Part shown: positions 8,913 to 17,062 of the stretch, one piece after another
How positions within the stretch are numbered: the first letter of the stretch is position 1
Layout of the letters: each line of letters begins with the position of its first letter
Origin: a virus
Lineage: Duplodnaviria > Caudoviricetes
Virus record (IMG/VR): IMGVR_UViG_3300032322_002582
Coordinates: 1 to 52,801 of that record
Length of the DNA stretch: 52,801 nt
Reading direction: 5' to 3' (one strand)
The notes under the pieces: generated by a model
Databases searched by the model: none
What the model was told of the DNA's origin: nothing
The model's input: only the letters and a program-made list of their open reading frames with translations
Position numbers and translations under genes: made by a program

Positions 8913-9259
8913 TGATCTATGTGAATGACCGTTCTCGAAAGGTCAAAAAGCCTACCAAACAATCGGCCATCGAATATCAAGCTTGGCTCGATAGCGTGAA
9001 CACTCAACGGACTTCCTTTTCGAAGACACCAGTTAAGCGTATCCAGAAGACTTTTCCTGTCGGTCCTAAAGTTCCTCCTGGGCGCGAGACTCCTAGATAT
9101 CCTAGTATGGATTCTGGTGGTGGCTCCACAACCAAGCCTATTCATGGTAAAGTGTACACTGGTAGTTTAATGAAAGGCATTGGAACTTTACATAAGAGTA
9201 ACGCGGTACCAATCTTCACCGACGAGGAAGCGCGGGATCAAGCTTCCATGCGAAGGTAA
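8909..9259 (+). CDS. Hypothetical phage protein
   Basis: 116 aa; C-terminal YTG...KGIGTLHKSNAVP motif familiar from T4-like phage hypotheticals. Confidence 0.8.
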   Translation: MMIYVNDRSRKVKKPTKQSAIEYQAWLDSVNTQRTSFSKTPVKRIQKTFPVGPKVPPGRETPRYPSMDSGGGSTTKPIHGKVYTGSLMKGIGTLHKSNAVPIFTDEEARDQASMRR

Positions 9260-9260
9260 T

Positions 9261-9386
9261 ATGGATGTTCAACTGATCGCAATTTTCGTCTCCGGTGCGT
9301 TCCTGGGGGCTCTCCTGGGTCGGCTTTTGACGTTTTTTGTGTTGTCTGGTGGACTTGTTGTGATGTTGATTTTTAATCTGGTTTGA
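9261..9386 (+). CDS. Small membrane protein (41 aa)
   Basis: MDVQLIAIFVSGAFLGALLGRLLTFFVLSGGLVVMLIFNLV; AAGGT RBS. Confidence 0.6.
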   Translation: MDVQLIAIFVSGAFLGALLGRLLTFFVLSGGLVVMLIFNLV

Positions 9387-9389
9387 TGT

Positions 9390-9405
9390 GTTGTATTTCT
9401 GCAAC
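9390..9405. promoter_or_regulatory. GTTG-N8-CAAC palindrome, copy 4
   Basis: gttg tatttctg caac, 15 nt upstream of TTGACT at 9421. Confidence 0.6.
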
Positions 9406-9420
9406 GAAGCTGTAGAAATC

Positions 9421-9449
9421 TTGACTGTTTTTTCCTTCTGTGTTAAAAT
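9421..9449 (+). promoter_or_regulatory. Sigma70-type early promoter
   Basis: TTGACT-N17-TAAAAT with TGn extension; AGGAG RBS before 9477. Confidence 0.75.
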
Positions 9450-9476
9450 TTATTTTTAAATCAATAGGAGTATATC

Positions 9477-9893
9477 ATGGGTCGTAAAGCAAAACCTGGT
9501 AACATGGCACCGTTCGAAAAGATTCTCAATCTGATGGTCACTGGTGAACCCGTCACAAAAGAAGAGATTGAAATTCTTCTTGGTGATGAGCTTCAAATGT
9601 ATTTGGTTTCCGCTTATATGTGGCATGTAAAAACCACTGCAAAGGGTATTGTTCGTGTTTATAAAGACGGACGAAAAGTTCTAGCTTATCAACTTATTAA
9701 TACCGCCGATGGTATCAAATATTTGAAAGACAAAAATATTTACTTTGCTGGTGATGATGAGCCTATTTCAACACTCGAAGAGTTGAAAGCACAAGTACAA
9801 GATAATCATATCGAAAATGTTGTCATTGAAAATGTGGTAAAACAAGAAGATGAATTGGTTGTAACAGAGATTTTGGACAATCAAACAGCATGA
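9477..9893 (+). CDS. Hypothetical protein, possibly winged-helix DNA-binding with acidic tail
   Basis: 138-aa ORF with strong RBS; fold is a guess from helix/strand pattern. Confidence 0.7.
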   Translation: MGRKAKPGNMAPFEKILNLMVTGEPVTKEEIEILLGDELQMYLVSAYMWHVKTTAKGIVRVYKDGRKVLAYQLINTADGIKYLKDKNIYFAGDDEPISTLEELKAQVQDNHIENVVIENVVKQEDELVVTEILDNQTA

Positions 9894-10432
9894 ACATTTT
9901 TTATCTAGATCCGGATCCTCGTCTTTGTGCCGAAATGCATCTCGATAAGCATGTCGTAAAAATGATTATCGAGTATGCACAATTGATGTCCACTGCTCAT
10001 CGTTTGCTCGATGGTCACCAGTATATCGACAAAACAGCAAACGGTCGCAACATCAAACGATGGCGATTAGATGGACCTAATGAAGTTGTGATGATGAAAG
10101 CTTCGCATATCAATCATCCTTCGGCCGTGTGGACTCGCTCAAACAAGCAAAATTACATCTGGCTGCAAAAAATGTGGTATTATCTCTGTAAAGAATATAC
10201 CTATCGTTATGGAAAAATTCACGCGGTCGAAAAACGTATGGGCACAGAACTTTACGTTTGGCCTACGAATATTCCAGATGGCGATTTTTTTTCTCCTACG
10301 CCAGCGATGCCCGATGATTGTAAAGTTCCAAATGATTCGCTGAAATCTTATCATCGATACTATCGAGAACGAAAAAATCACTTTGCCAAATGGACTAAGC
10401 GAGAAATTCCTTCATGGTATCAGACTATATAA
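9890..10432 (+). CDS. Pyrimidine-dimer DNA glycosylase-family (DenV-like) protein
   Basis: MNIFYLD...H.DKHVVKM..EYAQL, H.NHPSA.W, EYTYRYGKIH, PAMPD motifs. Confidence 0.8.
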   Translation: MNIFYLDPDPRLCAEMHLDKHVVKMIIEYAQLMSTAHRLLDGHQYIDKTANGRNIKRWRLDGPNEVVMMKASHINHPSAVWTRSNKQNYIWLQKMWYYLCKEYTYRYGKIHAVEKRMGTELYVWPTNIPDGDFFSPTPAMPDDCKVPNDSLKSYHRYYRERKNHFAKWTKREIPSWYQTI

Positions 10433-10436
10433 AGAT

Positions 10437-10754
10437 ATGCCGACATATTCATTTTTAAATACTGAAACTGGTGAAGAGTTCGAAATTATGATGAAAATTT
10501 CCGAACGTGATCAATTTATGGTTGAAAATCCAAATTTTCAACCAGTCATCAGCGCACCCGCATTAATTTCTGGTTCATCAACATCAAAACAAAATCGTGT
10601 ACCCGATGGCTTTAAGGAAGTTCTTTCTAAAGTTGCTGAGGCACATCCTAACAGTAGTGTAGCAGAAAAACACGGAAGAAAAACAATCAAACAAGTCAAA
10701 ACAGATCAAGTTGTAAAAAAACATGTTGAACGGGTTACAGGAGTAAAAACATAA
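10437..10754 (+). CDS. FmdB-like small protein lacking the Zn-ribbon cysteines
   Basis: MPTYSF.NTETGE N-terminus and DGFKEVLSK motif; directly upstream of phoH. Confidence 0.7.
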   Translation: MPTYSFLNTETGEEFEIMMKISERDQFMVENPNFQPVISAPALISGSSTSKQNRVPDGFKEVLSKVAEAHPNSSVAEKHGRKTIKQVKTDQVVKKHVERVTGVKT

Positions 10755-10764
10755 AGGAGAAGGA

Positions 10765-11505
10765 ATGTCTAGACGAGCTAATACTAAAATAAGAATATTA
10801 GATGAAGAAGTAAAAACAAATACATTAAAAATAAAGTTAGACGATCTAAAGACATTCCAACCTCTCACACAAAATCAAAAAATATTTTTTGACTCATACA
10901 AACGAGGCGACTATTTCGTAGCACTTCATGGAGTTGCAGGAACGGGAAAAACTTTCTGTGCCATGTATAAGGCACTGGAAGAAGTTTTAGACAAGGGTAA
11001 TCCCTTCAAAAAAATAATTGTTGTACGATCCGCAGTTCAGTCTAGAGAAATCGGTCATTTACCTGGTGATGTTACAGAAAAGATGGAGATTTATCAGCAG
11101 CCATATCAACAAATTTGCGAAACTTTATTTGGACGTAAAGATGCATATCAAAGACTTGCTGAACAAGGCTTCGTGGAATTTATTTCCACATCTTTCATTC
11201 GAGGAATGAGTTTTGATGATGCGATCATTATTGTTGATGAAATGCAGAATTTAACTTTTGAAGAAATTGATACTGTTATGACCCGTGTTGGTTATCGATC
11301 CAAGATTATTTGGTGTGGTGACTATAGACAAACGGATTTGAATAAAAAGAAAAATGATATGAGTGGTATTCTTAAATTTTTCGATATCGCAATGCACATG
11401 GAAGCTTTCACTAAAGTTGAATTTACACCAGATGATATAGTTAGATCATCTCTGGTTAAAGATTATATCTTGGCTAAACTCAGGTATGAAGATTCTGTTG
11501 AATGA
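10765..11505 (+). CDS. phoH: PhoH-family ATPase
   Basis: G.AGTGKT, IGHLPG, FIRG.SF, IIVDE.QN, GD..Q.DL, DIVRS.LV. Confidence 0.95.
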   Translation: MSRRANTKIRILDEEVKTNTLKIKLDDLKTFQPLTQNQKIFFDSYKRGDYFVALHGVAGTGKTFCAMYKALEEVLDKGNPFKKIIVVRSAVQSREIGHLPGDVTEKMEIYQQPYQQICETLFGRKDAYQRLAEQGFVEFISTSFIRGMSFDDAIIIVDEMQNLTFEEIDTVMTRVGYRSKIIWCGDYRQTDLNKKKNDMSGILKFFDIAMHMEAFTKVEFTPDDIVRSSLVKDYILAKLRYEDSVE

Positions 11506-12173
11506 GTTTTATACTTGAAAAAATTTCTGGGTTAGATTTTGATCTTGAGTCTGAAACGACCGAGAGCGGAAGAGTTTATATTACTCCGGAAGGCAATCGA
11601 TATCCATCTATAACAACAGTTTTATCCGCAACAGATTCGAAAGAAGGATTGATTGCATGGAGACAACGTGTTGGAGAAGAGGAAGCCAATAAAATTATGG
11701 GACGCTCCGCACGACGAGGAACAGAACTGCATTTGATATGTGAGAAATATCTTTTGAATGAGATGTCACCGATTAAGTTGAAGATGATGATGCCTCATGT
11801 CAAGGAATTATTCTATAAAATTAAACCATTTATTGATACCTCACTGAATAAAGTATATGCTTTAGAGCAGGTACTTTATTCAAATAAAATGAAAATAGCA
11901 GGTAGAACTGATTGCATTTGTGAGTGGAATGGTGTATTATCTATCTTAGATTTCAAGAACTCGATTAAAATGAAGAGAGAAGAATATATACAAGATTATT
12001 TTTTACAATGTACCGCATACTCTTTGATGTTTGAAGAACTTGTGTCTATTCCAGTGAAACAAATTGTTATATTGGTGGGAGTTGAACAAGGAAATGGACA
12101 AATATTCATTAAGCAAAAAAGCAATTATGTTGAGACTTTGCAAAACAGAATAAATAGTTATATGATCGTTTGA
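11502..12173 (+). CDS. PD-(D/E)XK exonuclease
   Basis: YPSITTVL, RGT.LH, AGRTD...LDFK, YFLQ.TAY. Confidence 0.85.
   Translation: MSFILEKISGLDFDLESETTESGRVYITPEGNRYPSITTVLSATDSKEGLIAWRQRVGEEEANKIMGRSARRGTELHLICEKYLLNEMSPIKLKMMMPHVKELFYKIKPFIDTSLNKVYALEQVLYSNKMKIAGRTDCICEWNGVLSILDFKNSIKMKREEYIQDYFLQCTAYSLMFEELVSIPVKQIVILVGVEQGNGQIFIKQKSNYVETLQNRINSYMIV
12149..12156 (+). promoter_or_regulatory. T4-type late promoter variant (AATAAATA) upstream of the tmRNA
   Basis: Lies about 7 nt before the inferred 5' end of the acceptor piece. Confidence 0.5.
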
Positions 12174-12468
12174 AGTTGACTGAAAGGTGTTTCGGACGGC
12201 GGTTCGATTCCGCCCAGGTCCACCAGAAGTATATTAGCCCGATAAGACACTCTAACGTCTGAAGTGGGAAAACTGTGTCCTAATATATTTCTGATGGGCC
12301 TGACCTGGTTTCGACGGGGCAATAAGTAAGAAGATGGACGATTCGACACAGATAGTCGTTAAAAGTAAAAAAAACGTAAATGCAAACGAAAGCGTCTTTG
12401 ACGTAGCATTGGCTGCCTAAACACAGCCTAGGGTTTCGGTGGGTTTCCTCGTAACAGAATAACCCACC
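12164..12468 (+). ncRNA. ssrA: Circularly permuted (two-piece) tmRNA; tag ANESVFDVALAA
   Basis: T-arm and acceptor 3' strand (GGCGGTTCGATTCCGCC CAGGTCC ACCA, ends 12225) come before the 5' strand GGGCCTG (12296); G3-U wobble; self-paired intervening segment 12226-12295; tag frame 12382-12420; outer ends approximate. Confidence 0.93.
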
Positions 12469-12483
12469 ATTCAAAGGAGATCA

Positions 12484-13017
12484 TTGATGCATTTTATGAA
12501 ACTTGTTTTCATAGGCATTCTTGGATACTATTTCGCGCAACACTTTCATATACTAGTCGATCAAAAATTTGAAGAGGTTAAAGAGAGTAAGCATCCGCCA
12601 TATGTCACAATGGCTCAACGCGAAAAAGAACTTGACTGTCTAACGAAAAACATATATTATGAAGCAGGAACAGAACCTTTCGAAGGCAAAGTAGCTGTTG
12701 CTCAAGTAACCATCAATAGAACTAAATCAGGTAAATTTCCAAAAGATATTTGTGCAGTTGTATATGAACGAAATTTAGTGTACAATAACCTTATCTGTCA
12801 GTTTAGTTGGTACTGTGATTCAAAAGCGAAAGTGAGGCCCATCCATGCAGCAACCTATAAAGAATCCGAGGCTGTGGCTAAAAAGGTACTTCTCGAAGGA
12901 TTCAAACTTGACATTATCAAAGAGGACACATTATACTATCATGCAGACTACATCAACCCAGGATGGAAAAGACAAAGAGTTGCCAAAATTGGAAAACACA
13001 TCTTCTACAAAGGCTGA
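12484..13017 (+). CDS. SleB/Hydrolase_2-type cell wall hydrolase with N-terminal hydrophobic segment
   Basis: CL..NIYYEA..E...GK.AVAQVT.NR, CQFSW, YYHADY..P.W, IG.HIFY. Confidence 0.92.
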   Translation: MMHFMKLVFIGILGYYFAQHFHILVDQKFEEVKESKHPPYVTMAQREKELDCLTKNIYYEAGTEPFEGKVAVAQVTINRTKSGKFPKDICAVVYERNLVYNNLICQFSWYCDSKAKVRPIHAATYKESEAVAKKVLLEGFKLDIIKEDTLYYHADYINPGWKRQRVAKIGKHIFYKG

Positions 13018-13333
13018 TTGGCAAGAAAGACTTTTAACCTTTCGAGAAGGAATCAAACATTTTTTTGAACATAAGTTGAAGCCTAGTACAGCAGAATCGA
13101 TTGGATGGCTCGGTATTGTTTTACTTCATGCCTCACTTATTCCAACTTTTCTTGCTATAATGGCTGGCATAACAGACAAGACTCCTCCTATCGATCTTGT
13201 TTTGTTTATGTGGGGAGCTTTAGTTATGGGATTTATTCGTGCTGCCATTTTGAAAGACACAATAAACGTTCTTACAATTGGTGCAGGTTTTATTGTTAAT
13301 TCTGTATTTCTTGCTTTGATTTTGTTTAAATGA
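12941..13333 (+). CDS. Three-TM membrane protein (start uncertain; frame of 12845..13333)
   Basis: Three hydrophobic helices in the last ~85 aa. Confidence 0.7.
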   Translation: MQTTSTQDGKDKELPKLENTSSTKADWQERLLTFREGIKHFFEHKLKPSTAESIGWLGIVLLHASLIPTFLAIMAGITDKTPPIDLVLFMWGALVMGFIRAAILKDTINVLTIGAGFIVNSVFLALILFK

Positions 13334-14496
13334 GTTCATTAGAGAAAATTTTAGCCGACCTGAGATCAGGAGTAATTTCTAAACCAATCGTTAGGCCTAG
13401 AAGATGGAAATTGAACTCGGGTCGTAGAAAAAAGAGAGTATTGAAAAGATTTGTTTGGGATTCTTATGACTTTCCGGCTCCCATTTTGAGGAATAATATG
13501 GAAGATAATAGTATTTTTGTTGGTGCATCAGACTTTTCCGATTATGTTTTTAGTAAGATGATGAAGGAGCGTTATGACTCCGATTTGTCTACAATCAATC
13601 AAGAACTGAAATTGCATGGTAATCGCAAAGTTTGGAGTGAGTATATGATGCAAGCTTATGTTGATTGTAAAATTCTTCAGATGAATGACACTTCAGGTAT
13701 TATTCTGTTGGATAACTTAAACTTCATTCGATATGATGCATCATCGAATTCTATTGAAGTGAGAATTTATGGTGATGAGAGTTTTGTTCGGAGTGAGTCT
13801 GAAACGTTATTGGATGAATTTGAAGAAGTAACATCATATATCGAATGGATTTATTCTGCTAATGGTGATAGCGTAAATGTTCCATTGAACACAAATTTAC
13901 TTCCTTGTGATGAGATGTATCCCTTCATCGATAGTTCTTTGAGTGAGTATTATGATGCATTCATGAAATCTAACTCAAATGTTCTTCTTTTGATTGGACC
14001 ACCAGGAACAGGTAAGACAACTTTCATTCGTGGTTTGCTTTCCCATACTGGTTCATCAGCGATGGTCACATATGATGCATCCATCTTGGAGAAAGATTTT
14101 GTGTTTGCAAATTTCATTGAGCAGAATGTGAACCTTCTTGTACTTGAAGATTCAGATAACTTTCTCAAAGCAAGAAGCGAAGGCAATTCAATGATGCATC
14201 GTTTTCTGAATGTTGGTGATGGTCTAGTCACAACAAAAGGAAAGAAGTTGATTTTTTCAACAAATCTTCCTTCTGTTCGTGATGTCGATGAAGCATTGAT
14301 TCGACCAGGTCGCTGTTTTGATATTTTGAAATTTGAAAAGCTAGATGGCGATCAAGCTAAAGCTTTGGCTGAAAAACAAGGCTTTAGTTTAAATGAAAAG
14401 AAAGATTCTTGGACTCTCGCTGAAATTTTCGGCGACAAATCTAAGACTGATCTAAAAACGAGCCACAAAGTTGGTGGCAAAATTGGTTTCTTTTAA
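13330..14496 (+). CDS. AAA+ ATPase (alternative start ATG 13498)
   Basis: Walker A GPPGTGKT, Walker B LLVLED, STN...D.ALIRPGRC, C-terminal IGF. Confidence 0.9.
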   Translation: MSSLEKILADLRSGVISKPIVRPRRWKLNSGRRKKRVLKRFVWDSYDFPAPILRNNMEDNSIFVGASDFSDYVFSKMMKERYDSDLSTINQELKLHGNRKVWSEYMMQAYVDCKILQMNDTSGIILLDNLNFIRYDASSNSIEVRIYGDESFVRSESETLLDEFEEVTSYIEWIYSANGDSVNVPLNTNLLPCDEMYPFIDSSLSEYYDAFMKSNSNVLLLIGPPGTGKTTFIRGLLSHTGSSAMVTYDASILEKDFVFANFIEQNVNLLVLEDSDNFLKARSEGNSMMHRFLNVGDGLVTTKGKKLIFSTNLPSVRDVDEALIRPGRCFDILKFEKLDGDQAKALAEKQGFSLNEKKDSWTLAEIFGDKSKTDLKTSHKVGGKIGFF

Positions 14497-14507
14497 GGAG
14501 ATATATT

Positions 14508-14780
14508 ATGGCTGTGAAACAATTTAGTATTAATCAAATCTCTGCTGAGGCAGATCGCAAGAAACTTCTCGATGCAATCCGTGAATGTTCTAATTCAATG
14601 ACTCGTATTGAAGCTGAGAAGGATCTTATTAAAGAAGCAGTGAAGACAGTTTGTGAAGACTTGAAACTACCAAAACGTCTTGTAAATCGTTTGGTAAAAG
14701 TGTATCATAAACAAAACTACGATGAAGAAGTTGCTACACATGAACAATTCGAACAACTATATGAAACGATTGTAAAGTAA
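14508..14780 (+). CDS. dsbA: T4 DsbA-like dsDNA-binding protein
   Basis: Size, YHKQN...FE.LYE motif and position before 33-59-32. Confidence 0.8.
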   Translation: MAVKQFSINQISAEADRKKLLDAIRECSNSMTRIEAEKDLIKEAVKTVCEDLKLPKRLVNRLVKVYHKQNYDEEVATHEQFEQLYETIVK

Positions 14781-14781
14781 A

Positions 14782-15003
14782 ATGCCTACAAAAGAAGAGA
14801 TGTATAAGTTTCATGAAGAAATTGAGAAATTGATTTCTGGAACAGATTACAATTACATGGAAGCAATTATTGAATATTGTAATCGTACAGGAATGGAGGT
14901 AGAGGTTGCATCAACACTTGTTAATAAAGATTTGAAAGCTAAAATTGAAATTGATGCACAAGCACTGAACCTACTACCCAAAACACAACGTTTGCCAATA
15001 TGA
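14782..15003 (+). CDS. 33: Late transcription coactivator gp33
   Basis: YMEAI..YC....E.E...LK.KIE.DA..LNLL; synteny. Confidence 0.88.
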   Translation: MPTKEEMYKFHEEIEKLISGTDYNYMEAIIEYCNRTGMEVEVASTLVNKDLKAKIEIDAQALNLLPKTQRLPI

Positions 15004-15581
15004 CTGGATATGAAGCATTTAGCATTTATCATGTTTTGAAATTGCATTTCACAACGAACTATGATTATTTCAAGTACAATGGTAAATGCAACATCACAAT
15101 CGAAACATTCGAGAAAAGAAAAGACAAATATTATTTTTATAAACTGTCCAGAAAATATGATACGGACGAATATAAAGAATTTGTTATTTCTAATCTATTG
15201 AATGATCCTGACTCCTGGGCTGGCAATTTACTGACGGATGAAGCAGGTGAAATTCACTACAATCGAATGAAGCGAATTCAATCATTATCTTACATGTTCA
15301 AGAATGATTGTCATGAACTCTCAAATCACGGCAAGGTTAACGATTTGTTAAAGGTTTGTAGTGACTATCCGAAACTCTTTGTACTGAGTAGGCATGGAAC
15401 GGTCTGTGATGAGACTGTTATCATATTGAATTCATTGATGAATTTTCTGCCTAAATGGAAAGAAAAAATTAAAGAAAATATCATCTGGCCTATTGCTTTT
15501 TCCAGGTGGATGAGATATACTCCTTTTGTGAGTTTCGATAAAGAAAAATGTAGGAAAATAGCTCTAGAGGCATTCAAATGA
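15000..15581 (+). CDS. 59: Helicase loader gp59
   Basis: LKLHFT..YDYFKYNGK, F.KRKDKY.F.KL; synteny. Confidence 0.92.
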   Translation: MTGYEAFSIYHVLKLHFTTNYDYFKYNGKCNITIETFEKRKDKYYFYKLSRKYDTDEYKEFVISNLLNDPDSWAGNLLTDEAGEIHYNRMKRIQSLSYMFKNDCHELSNHGKVNDLLKVCSDYPKLFVLSRHGTVCDETVIILNSLMNFLPKWKEKIKENIIWPIAFSRWMRYTPFVSFDKEKCRKIALEAFK

Positions 15582-16069
15582 TTACGAAAATTTATCTTGA
15601 TATGGATGGCGTACTTTGTGATTTCGAAGCAAGGTATATCGAACAGTTCGGAGAACTTCCAGCACTATCACGCGCGAACAAAGAATGGTCGGATAACTGG
15701 ACCAAATTTGTTGAGACAGGGCAATTTAAAACTCTTGATTGGAATCCTGGTGGTCAAACTCTCTTACAAGTTGTAAAAGATACGGGAATCGATATTGAAA
15801 TTTTGTCTTCTTCTGGAGGCAAAAAGTATCATCCTGTAGTTGAAGATCAAAAGAAATTTTGGTTGCAGAGTAAAGGTATTCATGTGAAGGTGAACATCGT
15901 ACCGGGACGTTCACTCAAAGCAAAGTATGCAAACTCAAAAAGTATTTTGATCGATGATACTCCCGATGTTATTGAGTCTTTCAATAAAGCAGGAGGTTAT
16001 GGTATTCTTCACGCTGATGTAAAAGATACCGTAAAAAAGCTAAACCACATCTTGCATGTTGCTAAATAA
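15578..16069 (+). CDS. HAD-family 5'(3')-deoxyribonucleotidase-like phosphatase
   Basis: IYLDMDGVL.DF and ILIDD motifs. Confidence 0.88.
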   Translation: MITKIYLDMDGVLCDFEARYIEQFGELPALSRANKEWSDNWTKFVETGQFKTLDWNPGGQTLLQVVKDTGIDIEILSSSGGKKYHPVVEDQKKFWLQSKGIHVKVNIVPGRSLKAKYANSKSILIDDTPDVIESFNKAGGYGILHADVKDTVKKLNHILHVAK

Positions 16070-16080
16070 TAGTATATAAT
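16052..16080 (+). promoter_or_regulatory. Gene 32 promoter region: sigma70-like with an overlapping late-like CTAAATA
   Basis: TTGCAT-N17-TATAAT; CTAAATA inside the spacer. Confidence 0.6.
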
Positions 16081-16099
16081 GCTTCTGTGGACAAATTAA

Positions 16100-16121
16100 A
16101 ATACACCGTTAATACACCGTT
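16100..16121 (+). repeat. Perfect 11-nt tandem repeat in the gene 32 leader
   Basis: AATACACCGTT twice, just upstream of the AAGGA RBS. Confidence 0.85.
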
Positions 16122-16138
16122 ATACGAAAGGAAATATC

Positions 16139-17032
16139 ATGTCATTTGCAAATCTTAAACGCAATCGTTCTAGTCTCGATAAACTCACTAAAGCAATCGA
16201 GAGCACCACTCAAACCGTCGAAGCAGGGTCAAAAGACGATACCCGATTCTGGCAACCCTCAGTAGATAAATCTGGAAACGGAATGGCAGTTATTCGTTTT
16301 CTTCCAGCACCGTCTGCTGATGGGGAAGATGGTCTTCCTTGGGTACGAATCTTCAATCACGGCTTTCAGGGACCAGGTGGTTGGTTGATTGACAACTGTT
16401 TGACCACTCTCAATGAAAAGTGCCCTGTGTGTGAACACAATAGCACTCTTTGGAATTCAGGTGTTGAATCAAACAAAGAAATTGTTAGGAAACAAAAGCG
16501 TAAGCTTTCATATGTGGCCAACATTTATGTCGTATCTGATCCTTCAAATCCTGAAAATGAAGGAACTGTTCGATTGTTTAAGTTTGGTAAGAAAATCTTC
16601 GATAAGATTACTGAAGCTATGAATCCAGAATTTGCGGATGAAAAGCCTCTGAATCCGTTCGACTTTTGGGAAGGTGCAAACTTCAAACTCAAGATTCGTA
16701 ACGTCGAAGGTTATCGTAATTACGACAAATCAGAATTTGCAGATCCTTCTGCTCTTTTTGATGGTGATGATGCTAAACTTGAAAAGCTTTACACTCAAGA
16801 ATATTCACTCAAAGAATTTCTTGATCGTAAGAATTTCAAGAGTTATGAGTTGCTTAAAGGTCGTTTGGATAAAGTTCTTGGTTTCGAAAGTGATACCGAG
16901 GATGCTCCTGCTCCCGCGCAAGCCCGTGTGAGTGAAGCCCCAAAATCACTTATTTCAGCTACAACTAAATCACCTGTAACTGCTGAAGATGATGATCTAG
17001 ATTATTTCAAATCTCTAGCAGAAGCAAACTAA
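16139..17032 (+). CDS. 32: Single-stranded DNA-binding protein gp32
   Basis: D.RFW, AVIRFLP, H.FQGPGGW..NC...CPVC, YRNYDKS.F, acidic tail DDLDYFKSLA. Confidence 0.97.
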   Translation: MSFANLKRNRSSLDKLTKAIESTTQTVEAGSKDDTRFWQPSVDKSGNGMAVIRFLPAPSADGEDGLPWVRIFNHGFQGPGGWLIDNCLTTLNEKCPVCEHNSTLWNSGVESNKEIVRKQKRKLSYVANIYVVSDPSNPENEGTVRLFKFGKKIFDKITEAMNPEFADEKPLNPFDFWEGANFKLKIRNVEGYRNYDKSEFADPSALFDGDDAKLEKLYTQEYSLKEFLDRKNFKSYELLKGRLDKVLGFESDTEDAPAPAQARVSEAPKSLISATTKSPVTAEDDDLDYFKSLAEAN

Positions 17033-17061
17033 AAAAGAAACCCCGCGAAAGCGGGGTTTTT
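17031..17061. terminator. Bidirectional intrinsic terminator
   Basis: AAACCCCGC-GAAA-GCGGGGTTT hairpin flanked by A and T tracts between convergent genes. Confidence 0.92.
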
Positions 17062-17062
17062 A

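Noticed and set aside
11502-12173. Cas4 as part of a CRISPR system
   Set aside because: No Fe-S cysteine cluster pattern and no array; fits the ordinary phage exonuclease next to phoH
12194-12225. tRNA gene or attP fragment
   Set aside because: No anticodon arm; fully explained as the tmRNA acceptor piece; no integrase in the window
12158-12474. Two minus-strand ORFs over the tmRNA
   Set aside because: Antisense shadows of a structured RNA
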